The translations under genes were made by a program, and so were the position numbers. Shown here one piece after another: positions 9,256 through 18,894 of a stretch of DNA of 64,000 nt (positions are counted from its first letter, which is position 1; each line of letters begins with the position of its first letter). Below the pieces are notes generated by a model. That model had not been told where the DNA came from. It saw only the letters and a list, made by a program, of their open reading frames with translations, and did no database searches. Source of the stretch: Candidatus Heimdallarchaeum endolithica (lineage in GTDB: Archaea > Asgardarchaeota > Heimdallarchaeia > Heimdallarchaeales > Heimdallarchaeaceae); assembly GCA_021513715.1 (NCBI GenBank), contig CP084167.1:544001-608000 (forward strand), written 5' to 3'.

Positions 9256-11163
9256 TTAGTAGATTTTTTTCAATTGTTTAAGCAGAGGAGTATAAATATC
9301 ATACTCTTCTTTTAGATCTTTTGCTATTATTAGTTCTTTCAGATTCTGTGCAGATTGTAAAATAAAAGTTGGTGCAGTACTCTCAATTAATGGATATTGT
9401 TTTGATTTATATCCTGCTAAAACAGTATTGTTCTTCAGGCAAATAGAAGTCAATAGTTTAATTTCTTCTTCTTCGTTTAGTTCTTCTCCTTTTTCAAATA
9501 ACCAGTTTATAGAACCTTTTTCTGCTATACTGCCTACCCAGATTAAAAGAAGATAATCATAGATGTCGTTAGGGACGCCTAAACTATTGTATTTGTTAAA
9601 AACAGAAAATAAATCGGCAAATTGTTCTAACTCTTTATCATCTTTACTTACCATCATTATTGAGATAAGAAAATCTTTTTGAACATCTGTGAGAGTATCT
9701 AAAAGCTCTTTCTTTATTTTTAACAATTCATCTTTTTTTTCTTTAATTTCTTCATAACTTTTATTGTTTATTTGGTAATTTCCAATTATCTCATCAAGAT
9801 GTTTTTTCCTTTCTTCTTCTAAACCTTCTAAGTCTTTTGTATAATTTTCAATAATCTCTTTAAGAGTTTCTTTAGCTTCTTCTACTTCTTTCTCTGTAAC
9901 TTCTTCATTAGTGATGGTCTTTCCTTGCATTGCAGCTTTTGTCTGTTTTTGCCAACTAAGTGCATCTTTCAAACTTTTATCGTTTAATAAAGAATTGATC
10001 AGCTTTGCAACTATGTATTTAATTTCTACACTAGAATTAGCATCTTTAGCAGCTATTGAAAGATATAGGTGCAAAACATTAGGCATCAAATTATAAGGAT
10101 CAATTTGTTGATTTCCTCTCAATGCACTGAAATTAAAGTTTGATAATGCCCATTCGTATAAAGAGCTTCCAACGAAATTTGAAGGGGGGTTAAGAGCAGA
10201 AAATATAGGTAAAGAAGTATACATATTACCTATTGACAATAAAACATTATGCCAACCAAAGGTCGAAGAATCAAATTCTTTAATTCTTATTTCTTTACCT
10301 GAAATCAGAAATTCCTCAGTTAAATAGTAAATTAAATGTTTGTTTAAGCTGATTGAAGAAAGAGAATCTGCTTCGTATTTGGTCTCGTTGCTGTTTAATA
10401 CCGATATCAGTTCTATATTGTTAAATAATTCTGCTTGATTAGCGTCATCAAGTATTTCTTTAATTGATTCTTGGTTTTCAGGATATAAAGCTTCTATAAT
10501 GTGGTATATCCAATGAATAATGTAAGCATAAACATTCTCATTTTGTTTAAGCACTTTTCTCCATTTAAACCATTGTTTTAGCTTATTCAGATAGATTTCA
10601 CTCATCTTTTCAATATCTGAATCGCTTAATTCTTTTGTTGAATAGCGCAATGGAAAGATTGAAACAGGCTCTTTGTTATTAAACAGCACTTCTTTTATGT
10701 TTTTAATTAGAGTGTTTATTATTAGTTCAAGATCCATTATTGCATATCGTGAGATCACTTTTGCTTCTTTAAAATAATCAAAAGAGCAGCTACCATTTCT
10801 CAAGAAGATAGGTTCATGAATGTAACTAATTATTTTATCAAAAAATTCTTTTCCTTTTTCATCTAATTGATCAATAAGTTCTGATGCTTCTTGAAAGATA
10901 TAGGCATTAAGAAAAGCGTTAAACGCTGTTCCCATAATTTTTGCATTAGAAGCATAACTCTTGATAATTTTATTAATTTCTGGACTGTTCTTTTTTATTT
11001 TACTCAAATCAATGTCATCTGGAATTTTAACTAATTCTTTATTACTATCTCGTGGCCTAAGAAATTTTCCTTCACTCTGAAAGACAAGTAGTTTATTCTT
11101 TGTATCCAAACCAAAAATTATTTCCTTGTCCAACAATTTACCTTCAAAAATTTTTATATCCAT
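9256..11163 (-). CDS. Large soluble hypothetical protein, helical/coiled-coil rich
   Basis: 635-aa ORF, charged and helical in composition; no recognisable motif. Confidence 0.7.
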   Translation of the reverse strand: MDIKIFEGKLLDKEIIFGLDTKNKLLVFQSEGKFLRPRDSNKELVKIPDDIDLSKIKKNSPEINKIIKSYASNAKIMGTAFNAFLNAYIFQEASELIDQLDEKGKEFFDKIISYIHEPIFLRNGSCSFDYFKEAKVISRYAIMDLELIINTLIKNIKEVLFNNKEPVSIFPLRYSTKELSDSDIEKMSEIYLNKLKQWFKWRKVLKQNENVYAYIIHWIYHIIEALYPENQESIKEILDDANQAELFNNIELISVLNSNETKYEADSLSSISLNKHLIYYLTEEFLISGKEIRIKEFDSSTFGWHNVLLSIGNMYTSLPIFSALNPPSNFVGSSLYEWALSNFNFSALRGNQQIDPYNLMPNVLHLYLSIAAKDANSSVEIKYIVAKLINSLLNDKSLKDALSWQKQTKAAMQGKTITNEEVTEKEVEEAKETLKEIIENYTKDLEGLEEERKKHLDEIIGNYQINNKSYEEIKEKKDELLKIKKELLDTLTDVQKDFLISIMMVSKDDKELEQFADLFSVFNKYNSLGVPNDIYDYLLLIWVGSIAEKGSINWLFEKGEELNEEEEIKLLTSICLKNNTVLAGYKSKQYPLIESTAPTFILQSAQNLKELIIAKDLKEEYDIYTPLLKQLKKIY

Positions 11164-11343
11164 TTCTGTCCCCTTTTCTCGCTATAAATGAAAATTTTGT
11201 AAAGTTTTTATTTGTTTGCTTGTATGACATACAATTTTAACGTCAAATAATAATTCTAAATATTAATTTAAATTAGGTCCCTTTAAAAAATCTTAAAAAA
11301 TAAATAAGTTATTCATTTTATCGATTATACAGAGAATCTAGAA

Positions 11344-12642
11344 ATGAATAAAGTAAATTATCTTTCAGAGAAAGGAATATTTATCGAGAAAAATGTTAAT
11401 CTTTCAGCAGGAACTCTTGCTTGGGGAAGTAAAGCAAGGCAAAGAGCTAAAGAAGTTAAGGGTTTTATAGACGCAACAATTGGCTCAGCAAAAAACGATG
11501 AAGGAAAGTTATTTGCTTTTAAAACCTTTGAAGAAGAATTAAAAGGATTATCAGCAGATAAGATATTTGGCTACGCAAACGTTAGGGGACAAAAAAGATT
11601 TACAAGAGCTTGGATGGAAGATACGTTGGAAACCTTTCCAAGTGAACATAGAGAAAAATCTCGTTTGTTATCAACAGAACCTATAACAACTTGCGGAGGG
11701 ATTACAGGAGGATTAACTATTGCAGGCCAACTCTTTTTCGATAAAACAGATAATTTACTTGTTCCTAATTCAAGATGGAGTAATGTAGACAATTGTTTCT
11801 TCAAAAACCAACAGATAACAGAATTAAATTATAATCTGATTGATAAAGAAGGAAATCTATCTTTTGATGACCTTATAGAAAAAATCAAAATTTTAGAAAA
11901 AGAAAATAAAAAGATAGGTATATACTTTAACTTTCCTAACAATCCCAGTGGTATAAGTCCCACTCTCTCACAGATAAAAGCAATCCAAGAAACTTTAAAA
12001 GAAGTAAAAGTTCCAACAGTTATTATTTTAGACGATGCTTATGAAGGTTATGTCCATTCTGATGAAGTTTTAGATCATTCAATTTATCCTTATCTAATCG
12101 GGCTAAATGAGAATGTCTTAACAATTAAAGTAGATGGCATGAGTAAAAGATATTCTGCTTATGGAGTAAGATTAGGTACAATTATGCTTGGTTTTGGAAA
12201 AGAGGTTGATGAAGAAGAAAAAGAAGATTACCGAGAACTGATAGCTAAAGGTGCAAGAACCTTAACTTCTAGTTCTCCAAGAGGTCCTCAAGAAGCTTTC
12301 GCTAACATTTCAGAAGACAAAAAGAAGAAAAAACAACTTAAGAAAGAAAAAGAAGAGTTAAAAAATCTATTAAAAGAGAGGTATCTAGAAATAAAAAGAT
12401 TAATAAAAGATAGAGAAAACAAAACTATACATCCTGTTGATTTTAACAGTGGATTCTTCGGATATTGGATTATTAAAAATAATCTTCTATCATTTGATTT
12501 AGGAGAAAAGTTATTAGAAAAAAGTTTAGGAACTGTACCATTCTATAATAAAACATCAGGACTAAATGGAATAAGATTAGCTTTTTGTTCAATAAAAAGA
12601 GATGACCTCGAAAAAGCTATTGATATTCTTTATTCGGTCTAA
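11344..12642 (+). CDS. PLP-dependent aminotransferase class I/II
   Basis: NFPNNPSG, DDAYEG, DGMSKRYSAYGVRLG (PLP lysine) and IRLAF motifs. Confidence 0.88.
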   Translation: MNKVNYLSEKGIFIEKNVNLSAGTLAWGSKARQRAKEVKGFIDATIGSAKNDEGKLFAFKTFEEELKGLSADKIFGYANVRGQKRFTRAWMEDTLETFPSEHREKSRLLSTEPITTCGGITGGLTIAGQLFFDKTDNLLVPNSRWSNVDNCFFKNQQITELNYNLIDKEGNLSFDDLIEKIKILEKENKKIGIYFNFPNNPSGISPTLSQIKAIQETLKEVKVPTVIILDDAYEGYVHSDEVLDHSIYPYLIGLNENVLTIKVDGMSKRYSAYGVRLGTIMLGFGKEVDEEEKEDYRELIAKGARTLTSSSPRGPQEAFANISEDKKKKKQLKKEKEELKNLLKERYLEIKRLIKDRENKTIHPVDFNSGFFGYWIIKNNLLSFDLGEKLLEKSLGTVPFYNKTSGLNGIRLAFCSIKRDDLEKAIDILYSV

Positions 12643-12813
12643 ATTTTCGTTTTCTTTTAAGTTTTTTACTTTTCCACTTTTTCAGTTTCTAAAAAAAAAT
12701 AGTTATTAGACAAATAAGTAATTTATTACCCAATAGAACAAATTTATGATGAGTTAATATTCTATTTAATTTTAGAAAAAATTTATAAAATAGCTATTGC
12801 ACAAAAAATTGAA

Positions 12814-14331
12814 ATGAATTTACTAAAGACTATTGTAAAAATAACTCCAGTTCCTATATTGCGTAAAGTTAAATCGTTTTCATTAAAAAAACCCAGCAGA
12901 ATTAAATTCCTATTTAAAGTATCTAATGAAGAAGCTTTAATCGAAATAGGAAAAAAATTAGCATTTAACAATTTCAAAAAAGTATCCAAGAATACACTCG
13001 CTTACAAGAAGTTCTTGGAAAGTAATGGAGTCAATGCAAAGAAAGTTAATAGCTTTAAGAAATTTATTGAAATTGTTCCCACTACAGATAAGAACAACTA
13101 TATTGCCAAATACCCAATGAACGAACTATGTATAAACGGAGATCTTTCACCTCTAGCTGTAATAGATAGAAGTTCAGGATATTCGGGAAAATCCATTTAC
13201 TTTCCAATATCCAAAAAAGAAAACCTTTTTGATGAACTAGTCATGGCAAATTGGTTTAAAACACAATTCAATATCACAACCAAAGATTTACTCATAAATT
13301 GCTTCTTTTTAGGATCATGGGTAGCAGGACTAAAAATAGGTAACTCTGCTAGAATGATAGGAACTTCAATAAATACAGGACCTCGTTTAGATGAAATAGT
13401 AGAAACAATATTCGATCTAGATAAATACTATGAAAGAATAATTATTTTATCCTATCCTCCCTTTGCAATGATGCTTGTTTACAAGTTAATAGAAGCAGGA
13501 TATGATTTCAAAGGTAAAAACTTCTTGTTTTTGGTAGGAGGAGAAGGATATAACCTGGAGTTCAAACAAAAATTACAAGAACTTACAAAAAAAAGTAGCG
13601 AAATTTTTGGAGCTTTTGGTAGCACTGAAACAGGAATAAGAATAGGAAATGAAACAGTCGATACACACATGCTTAAGCAAATGGCAGCATCAAACAAAGA
13701 ATTCTGCAAGAAAATGTTTGGAAAAGAATTCCCACCAAATATCTTTCAATATGATCCAACAAACGTTCATTTATTCACAAAAAAATATAAAAACGGAAAA
13801 GATGCCCTGATTTTCACCTCAGCTTCTAAAAGAGCAGTTCCAGTAATTAAATACAACTTAAAAGATGAGGGAGGAGTACTAACACAAAAGGAAGTAAAGA
13901 AAATAATAAAAGAAGTATTTAACATGGACTTCAATTTTAAACTACCTTTACCAATCTTTTATGTGTATGGAAGAGTGGATGATACAATATCAATAGCAAG
14001 TGCAATATTCTATCCTCATCAAATAAAATCAGGACTGTTGGAGTTCATGGATAATGTAATAGATTACAGATTGGAATCAAAAACAACAGATACAGGAGTA
14101 ATTTATCCAGCTGTTTATGTAGCAGTAAAAGAAAAAAGAAAAGCTTCCAAAAAGAAAATAGAAGAAAGTATTTACAAAACGTTATTAAAATACAGTAGCA
14201 CCTACTCAGAATCAATAAAAGAAGGAATAGCAGATAGACCTATAGTTTTCCTATACACAGAAAAAGACTTCCCCTTTGAACTAAACGAAATAACAAAAGA
14301 TCAAGTAAAAGAAAAGCATTTAGTAAATTAA
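12814..14331 (+). CDS. Phenylacetate-CoA ligase-like (PaaK/F390 synthetase-type) adenylate-forming enzyme
   Basis: PTTDK, RSSGYSGK (A3-like), GGEG, FGSTE, PVIKYNLKD and GRVDD motifs. Confidence 0.75.
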   Translation: MNLLKTIVKITPVPILRKVKSFSLKKPSRIKFLFKVSNEEALIEIGKKLAFNNFKKVSKNTLAYKKFLESNGVNAKKVNSFKKFIEIVPTTDKNNYIAKYPMNELCINGDLSPLAVIDRSSGYSGKSIYFPISKKENLFDELVMANWFKTQFNITTKDLLINCFFLGSWVAGLKIGNSARMIGTSINTGPRLDEIVETIFDLDKYYERIIILSYPPFAMMLVYKLIEAGYDFKGKNFLFLVGGEGYNLEFKQKLQELTKKSSEIFGAFGSTETGIRIGNETVDTHMLKQMAASNKEFCKKMFGKEFPPNIFQYDPTNVHLFTKKYKNGKDALIFTSASKRAVPVIKYNLKDEGGVLTQKEVKKIIKEVFNMDFNFKLPLPIFYVYGRVDDTISIASAIFYPHQIKSGLLEFMDNVIDYRLESKTTDTGVIYPAVYVAVKEKRKASKKKIEESIYKTLLKYSSTYSESIKEGIADRPIVFLYTEKDFPFELNEITKDQVKEKHLVN

Positions 14332-14497
14332 CAAACCCTTTTTTATTTTTATTGATAAACAACTTTCTACCTTGCGTAAATAGTTTTGTTTATTTATAGA
14401 AAATTGAAAAAAAACAGAACTAAACATTATAAAAAGTTTTATCAAAAAATGAAATCGTGTTTTAAAATTTAAAAATAAAGAAAAAAAGAAATTTTCA

Positions 14498-17400
14498 TTA
14501 TTCTTTCTTCTTACCTTCACCTATAATTTCCCAATCACGATATTGGCTAAGTAAACGGTCAATCTCATTATCAATATCAATAGTTTCTTTTCTTACAAAA
14601 GATTGCTCAAGTTCATAATATTCACCAATATCAGGGTTAGCTTGTAGGATATCTTTGAGATACTCTTCAACAACAGATTTAGAAAGACCGCTAAGTTCGG
14701 AAATTCGTTGCAAAGTAACAGAAATGTTAGGTTTGAATTGGTTAAGCAAATTAATGAGAGTTTTATATTCTTCTTCTCTCTTCAATGCTTTCATGTACTC
14801 AGATTTAGTTTTATAACCTTGAGCAGAGATTTCCTCCCACTCAGACTTAGTTTTAAATCCTAACTTCATTGCTGTAAACATTTCTTTGATAGAAGAAAAA
14901 CCAAAAGAAGAAGCTCTTTTACGAAGATAAAGTCTAATTCCTATAAAAGTCAAAAAAGCAACAGCACCAGTAACAATGACAGCACCTGTAACTATTGAAA
15001 TAATTGTGATCATTCTTTTAACTTTCAATTTATTTTCTAAATTCGATTTAGGATTAAGGGGATTAAGACCATTTTCTATTTCCTTACCATCTTTATCTCC
15101 ATCTCCATCAGTGTCAGAATTGTTAGGGTCTGTTCCATAAATCTTTACTTCTTCATAATCAGTTAATCCATCACTATCAGAATCACTACTTGTGGGGTTA
15201 GTAAAATATTCTTTAATCTCTTCATAATCAGTTAATCCATCTTCATCTGTATCAGTACTATTAGCAAACGTACCAACATTAAATTCTTCAAGATTGGTTA
15301 AACCATCACCGTCTAAATCAGAGTTGGAATCATCTGTTAATGGGTCTAATCCAGAATGAACTTCATAACCATCAGGCATACCATCTTCGTCAGTGTCTGA
15401 GTTGTTAGCGAAAGTACCAAGAGTATATTCCTCAAAATTAGATAAGTTATCGTTATCGAAATCAGAATTATTATCATTAACAATTGCGTTTGTGCCTGTT
15501 TGAACTTCCCACAAATCATCCATCAAGTCACCATCTGTATCAGTATTATTAGCAAACGTACCAACATTAAATTCTTCAAGATTGGTTAAACCATCACCGT
15601 CTAAATCAGAGTTGGAATCATCTGTTAATGGGTCTAATCCAGAATGAACTTCATAACCATCAGGCATACCATCTTCGTCAGTGTCTGAAACCAAAGGAAC
15701 AGTACCATAAGTGTTAACCTCTTCTCCATCAGTTAAACCATCACTGTCAGTGTCAGAAACCAAAGGATCAGTACCATAAGTGTTAACCTCTTCTCCATCA
15801 GTTAAACCATCACTGTCAGTGTCAGAAGTAGTAGGATCAGTTTTATAATTTACTACTTCATTAAAATCATCCAATCCATCACTGTCAGTATCAACCTTAC
15901 TCATATCTGTCCCTAAAATCTCCTCCTCATGATCAAACAACCCATCACTGTCTGTATCTAAATATGTTCCAGTTCTTTGATTGGTAACTGAATCAGTATA
16001 GAGAGGAGCATATCCAAGACCAAAAGAATTCCAAACAGACACACCATTGTTGTATACAGCAATTATTTCTAGTTCTGAATCATTATCTATATCAGCAACA
16101 GCTAAAGAAGAAAAAGAAACATCACTAATTGTTTTTTTTGGCCAACCAGGAATAACAGTACCATCAATATTCCAAATCGTTCCTCCCCCTCCATACCCTG
16201 CAATTACTTCTAAGGATGAATCGCCATCAACATCAGCAACTGCTAAAGAAGAAACGGAACCAAGCGCTGTTTTTGGCCAATCAGGAATAACAGCACCATT
16301 ACTATTCCAAATAGTAACTCCACCTTCATACCCTGCAATTACTTCTAAGGATGAATCATTATCAATATCAGCAACAGCTAAAGAATAAACAGAACCACTT
16401 GTTGTTTTTGGCCAACCAGGAACAACAGTACCATCACTATTCCAAATAGTGACTCCACCATTTAAAGTTTCTCCATCAAAATATCCTGCAATTACTTCTA
16501 AGGATGAATCATTATCAATATCAGCAACAGCTAAAGAATAAACAGAACCATTTGCTGTTTTTGGCCAATCAGGAATAACAGTACCGTCACTATTCCAAAT
16601 AGTGACTCTACTATCATCCCCGGCAATTATTTCTAGGGATGAATCGCCATCAACATCAGCAACAGCTAAAGAATAAGTATATCCACTTGTTGTTTTTGGC
16701 CAACCAAGAATAACAGCACCATTACTATTCCAAATAGTGACTCCACCTTCATACCCTGCAATTACTTCTAAGGATGAATCATTATCAATATCAGCAACAG
16801 CTAAAGAATAAACAGAACCACTTGTTGTTTTTGGCCAACCAGGAACAACAGTACCATCACTATTCCAAATAACTACTTCACTATTATACCCTGTAAGTAT
16901 TTCTAGGGATGAATCGTCATCAACATCAGCAACAGCTAAAGATCTAACAGAACCACTTGTTGTTTTTGGCCAACCAGGAACAACAGTACCATCACTATTC
17001 CAAATAGTGACTCCACCATCGTTGTAATCACCGTACCCTGCAAGTATTTCTAAAGATGAATCGTCATCAACATCAGCAACAGCTAAAGAATAAACATAAT
17101 CACTTGTTGTTTTTGGCCACGAAGATAAAATTGAATAATAATTAATAAAAAAGTTATAACGAGTGTTGGTGGTATCATAGTTAATTGATACCCAATTAAA
17201 AACATTAGTGCTGCTAATTTGAGCAGCTAAAATATAACCAGAATAATCGATATAGTATAAATATTGACCTTGAATAGTAATTATTCCATTTGTATGCAAA
17301 TAACCCGATAATAATTGTTCATTCGTGGATGAGGAATAAAAGTGCTTTGCATAAACATTTGAAGAGGAACAATATAGTAATTCCCAATCATAATCACTAT

Positions 17401-18643
17401 CCACATCTGTAATTATAGGTTCTTCCTGAATATTTAGCCCTAAAGAACTACTATAATCATTTAGTATCTCTCCGGTAAAAGAAAAACTTTTTTGTTCTCC
17501 GAGTGTTGATAAAGAGATTATTTCATACTCTCTATCCCAATTAATATCAACAATTATTGGACCTAACCACTCGGAATTAGTTGAATCAGTAAGCCAAGAA
17601 TGAATAGTAGTACCATTATTTGATAAAAGATAAAGATTTCTTCCTGCAGGGCAAACAATGTCTATTTTACTGTCTTTGTTGATATCTGCAACAGCAAGAG
17701 GATGAGTAATAGGATCAGTTAAATCTTTGGGAAAATTTGAGATAATGTCTCCATTTCCTTTCCACGCGTAAACTTTTCCATCGGTACTACCTACAATAAC
17801 TTCATTGGAACCATCATTGTCTACATCAGCTAAAACTGGTGCTACTATTACTTCTCCTCCTGTTGTTTTAGGCCAACCAGCTAAAAGATTTCCACTTCCA
17901 TCAAATGCATAAACTTTTGAACTGTTAGATCCAACCACTATCTCATTTTTATTGTCTCCATTAATATCTCCGACTGCTAATGTTTCTTCTACTGGCCCCT
18001 CACAATTGACTGGCCAACCTGGTATAATAGAACCATTACCGTAAAATGCGTAAACCGACCCATTAGCTGCCCCTATAATTATTTCTTCAGTTGCACTATT
18101 TCCATCTATATTAGCTAACATTGGTATGGATGTTAAGGCAACACCTATGCTTTTTCCACCTACCCAATTTGAAGATTCTGTACCATCTGTCTCGTAAACT
18201 CTTATTATACCATTTAATGTTCCCACGACAATTTCATAATTTCCATCTCCGTCTATATCTCCTGTTCCAGGCCCTCCTTTTAACTGTCCCCCTACATATA
18301 TTGGCCAACTACCAAAAGAATTAAGAGATTGAGAGATTTTTTTACCTGAAAAATTGTTATCTAAAAGTTCAGAACGGGAAGAAGTTGTTTTGATCTCTAT
18401 GTCGTTGTTCGCTTCTTCAACTCTTTGTAAATCTGTGTGATAATCATTATTTTGACTTACATTATTTTGACTTACATTATTTTGACTTACATTATTTTGT
18501 TGTGAATCTAAAATGATATTATTAAAATCTTTCATCACTAGAGAATTTGTAGTCATTGAACTTGTAATTATAATTAGTAATGCTACTACCATTCCTAAAT
18601 ATTTTGATTTCCCTCTAAAACTTTTTTTCATTCGTTTCATCAT
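14498..18643 (-). CDS. Large surface protein: signal peptide, two FG-GAP/VCBS-like beta-propeller blocks, TSP3-like DxDxDG repeats, TM helix and cytoplasmic winged-helix-like tail
   Basis: Repeated (G/A)DxDxDxxxEI(V/I) motifs, many DTDSDGLTD repeats, a hydrophobic TM near residue 1225, and C-terminal ISVTLQRISELSGLSKSVVEEYL. Confidence 0.85.
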   Translation of the reverse strand: MMKRMKKSFRGKSKYLGMVVALLIIITSSMTTNSLVMKDFNNIILDSQQNNVSQNNVSQNNVSQNNDYHTDLQRVEEANNDIEIKTTSSRSELLDNNFSGKKISQSLNSFGSWPIYVGGQLKGGPGTGDIDGDGNYEIVVGTLNGIIRVYETDGTESSNWVGGKSIGVALTSIPMLANIDGNSATEEIIIGAANGSVYAFYGNGSIIPGWPVNCEGPVEETLAVGDINGDNKNEIVVGSNSSKVYAFDGSGNLLAGWPKTTGGEVIVAPVLADVDNDGSNEVIVGSTDGKVYAWKGNGDIISNFPKDLTDPITHPLAVADINKDSKIDIVCPAGRNLYLLSNNGTTIHSWLTDSTNSEWLGPIIVDINWDREYEIISLSTLGEQKSFSFTGEILNDYSSSLGLNIQEEPIITDVDSDYDWELLYCSSSNVYAKHFYSSSTNEQLLSGYLHTNGIITIQGQYLYYIDYSGYILAAQISSTNVFNWVSINYDTTNTRYNFFINYYSILSSWPKTTSDYVYSLAVADVDDDSSLEILAGYGDYNDGGVTIWNSDGTVVPGWPKTTSGSVRSLAVADVDDDSSLEILTGYNSEVVIWNSDGTVVPGWPKTTSGSVYSLAVADIDNDSSLEVIAGYEGGVTIWNSNGAVILGWPKTTSGYTYSLAVADVDGDSSLEIIAGDDSRVTIWNSDGTVIPDWPKTANGSVYSLAVADIDNDSSLEVIAGYFDGETLNGGVTIWNSDGTVVPGWPKTTSGSVYSLAVADIDNDSSLEVIAGYEGGVTIWNSNGAVIPDWPKTALGSVSSLAVADVDGDSSLEVIAGYGGGGTIWNIDGTVIPGWPKKTISDVSFSSLAVADIDNDSELEIIAVYNNGVSVWNSFGLGYAPLYTDSVTNQRTGTYLDTDSDGLFDHEEEILGTDMSKVDTDSDGLDDFNEVVNYKTDPTTSDTDSDGLTDGEEVNTYGTDPLVSDTDSDGLTDGEEVNTYGTVPLVSDTDEDGMPDGYEVHSGLDPLTDDSNSDLDGDGLTNLEEFNVGTFANNTDTDGDLMDDLWEVQTGTNAIVNDNNSDFDNDNLSNFEEYTLGTFANNSDTDEDGMPDGYEVHSGLDPLTDDSNSDLDGDGLTNLEEFNVGTFANSTDTDEDGLTDYEEIKEYFTNPTSSDSDSDGLTDYEEVKIYGTDPNNSDTDGDGDKDGKEIENGLNPLNPKSNLENKLKVKRMITIISIVTGAVIVTGAVAFLTFIGIRLYLRKRASSFGFSSIKEMFTAMKLGFKTKSEWEEISAQGYKTKSEYMKALKREEEYKTLINLLNQFKPNISVTLQRISELSGLSKSVVEEYLKDILQANPDIGEYYELEQSFVRKETIDIDNEIDRLLSQYRDWEIIGEGKKKE
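15244..15688. repeat. Near-identical 157-bp direct repeat (15244-15400 and 15532-15688) inside the TSP3-like region
   Basis: The copies lie 288 bp (96 codons) apart and differ at about one position by eye. Confidence 0.85.
15690..15827. repeat. 69-bp tandem duplication (DTDSDGLTDGEEVNTYGTxPLVS x2)
   Basis: gtaccataagtgttaacctcttctccatcagttaaaccatcactgtcagtgtcagaa occurs at 15702 and 15771. Confidence 0.85.
16030..17120. repeat. Eight tandem ~135-153 bp coding repeats (WPKT..SLAVADxDxDSSLE..GVTIWN.DG)
   Basis: High nucleotide identity between units, e.g. ttgttgtttttggccaacc and atcagcaacagctaaaga recur. Confidence 0.9.
18445..18499. repeat. 15-bp tandem repeat, ~3.7 copies (cattattttgactta; encodes QNNVS)
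   Basis: Perfect copies start at 18445, 18460 and 18475, with a partial copy at 18490. Confidence 0.9.
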
Positions 18644-18894
18644 TTATTTGAATTACCTATATTTAATAAATTTTTTTTTAATAATAATTCTCTAAGAACA
18701 CGTTTAAATTTTTAAAAAATTTCACTTCGCTACTTCTCACAAGTCTGTTTCAATTTATCATATCTATATATATAATAGACACTTTTTTAGGAAATTTATG
18801 ATGGGAATGCAAATAATTACGTATTAGTTATTCAAATGTTTCTATTTTCAATTTTATCCGATATCTTTAAATTTTAAAATACTTTTTTGCAAAT

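Noticed and set aside
16047-16388. Plus-strand 113-aa ORF and the other short antisense ORFs (e.g. 4364-4681, 29529-29912, 40427-40840, 47399-47869)
   Set aside because: They lie antisense within confidently identified genes and have no motifs; expected shadows of codon bias.
16030-17120. Repeat block as a CRISPR array or DGR template/variable region
   Set aside because: The units are in-frame coding repeats of 135-153 bp without unique spacers. No cas or reverse transcriptase gene is present, and differences are not adenine-specific.
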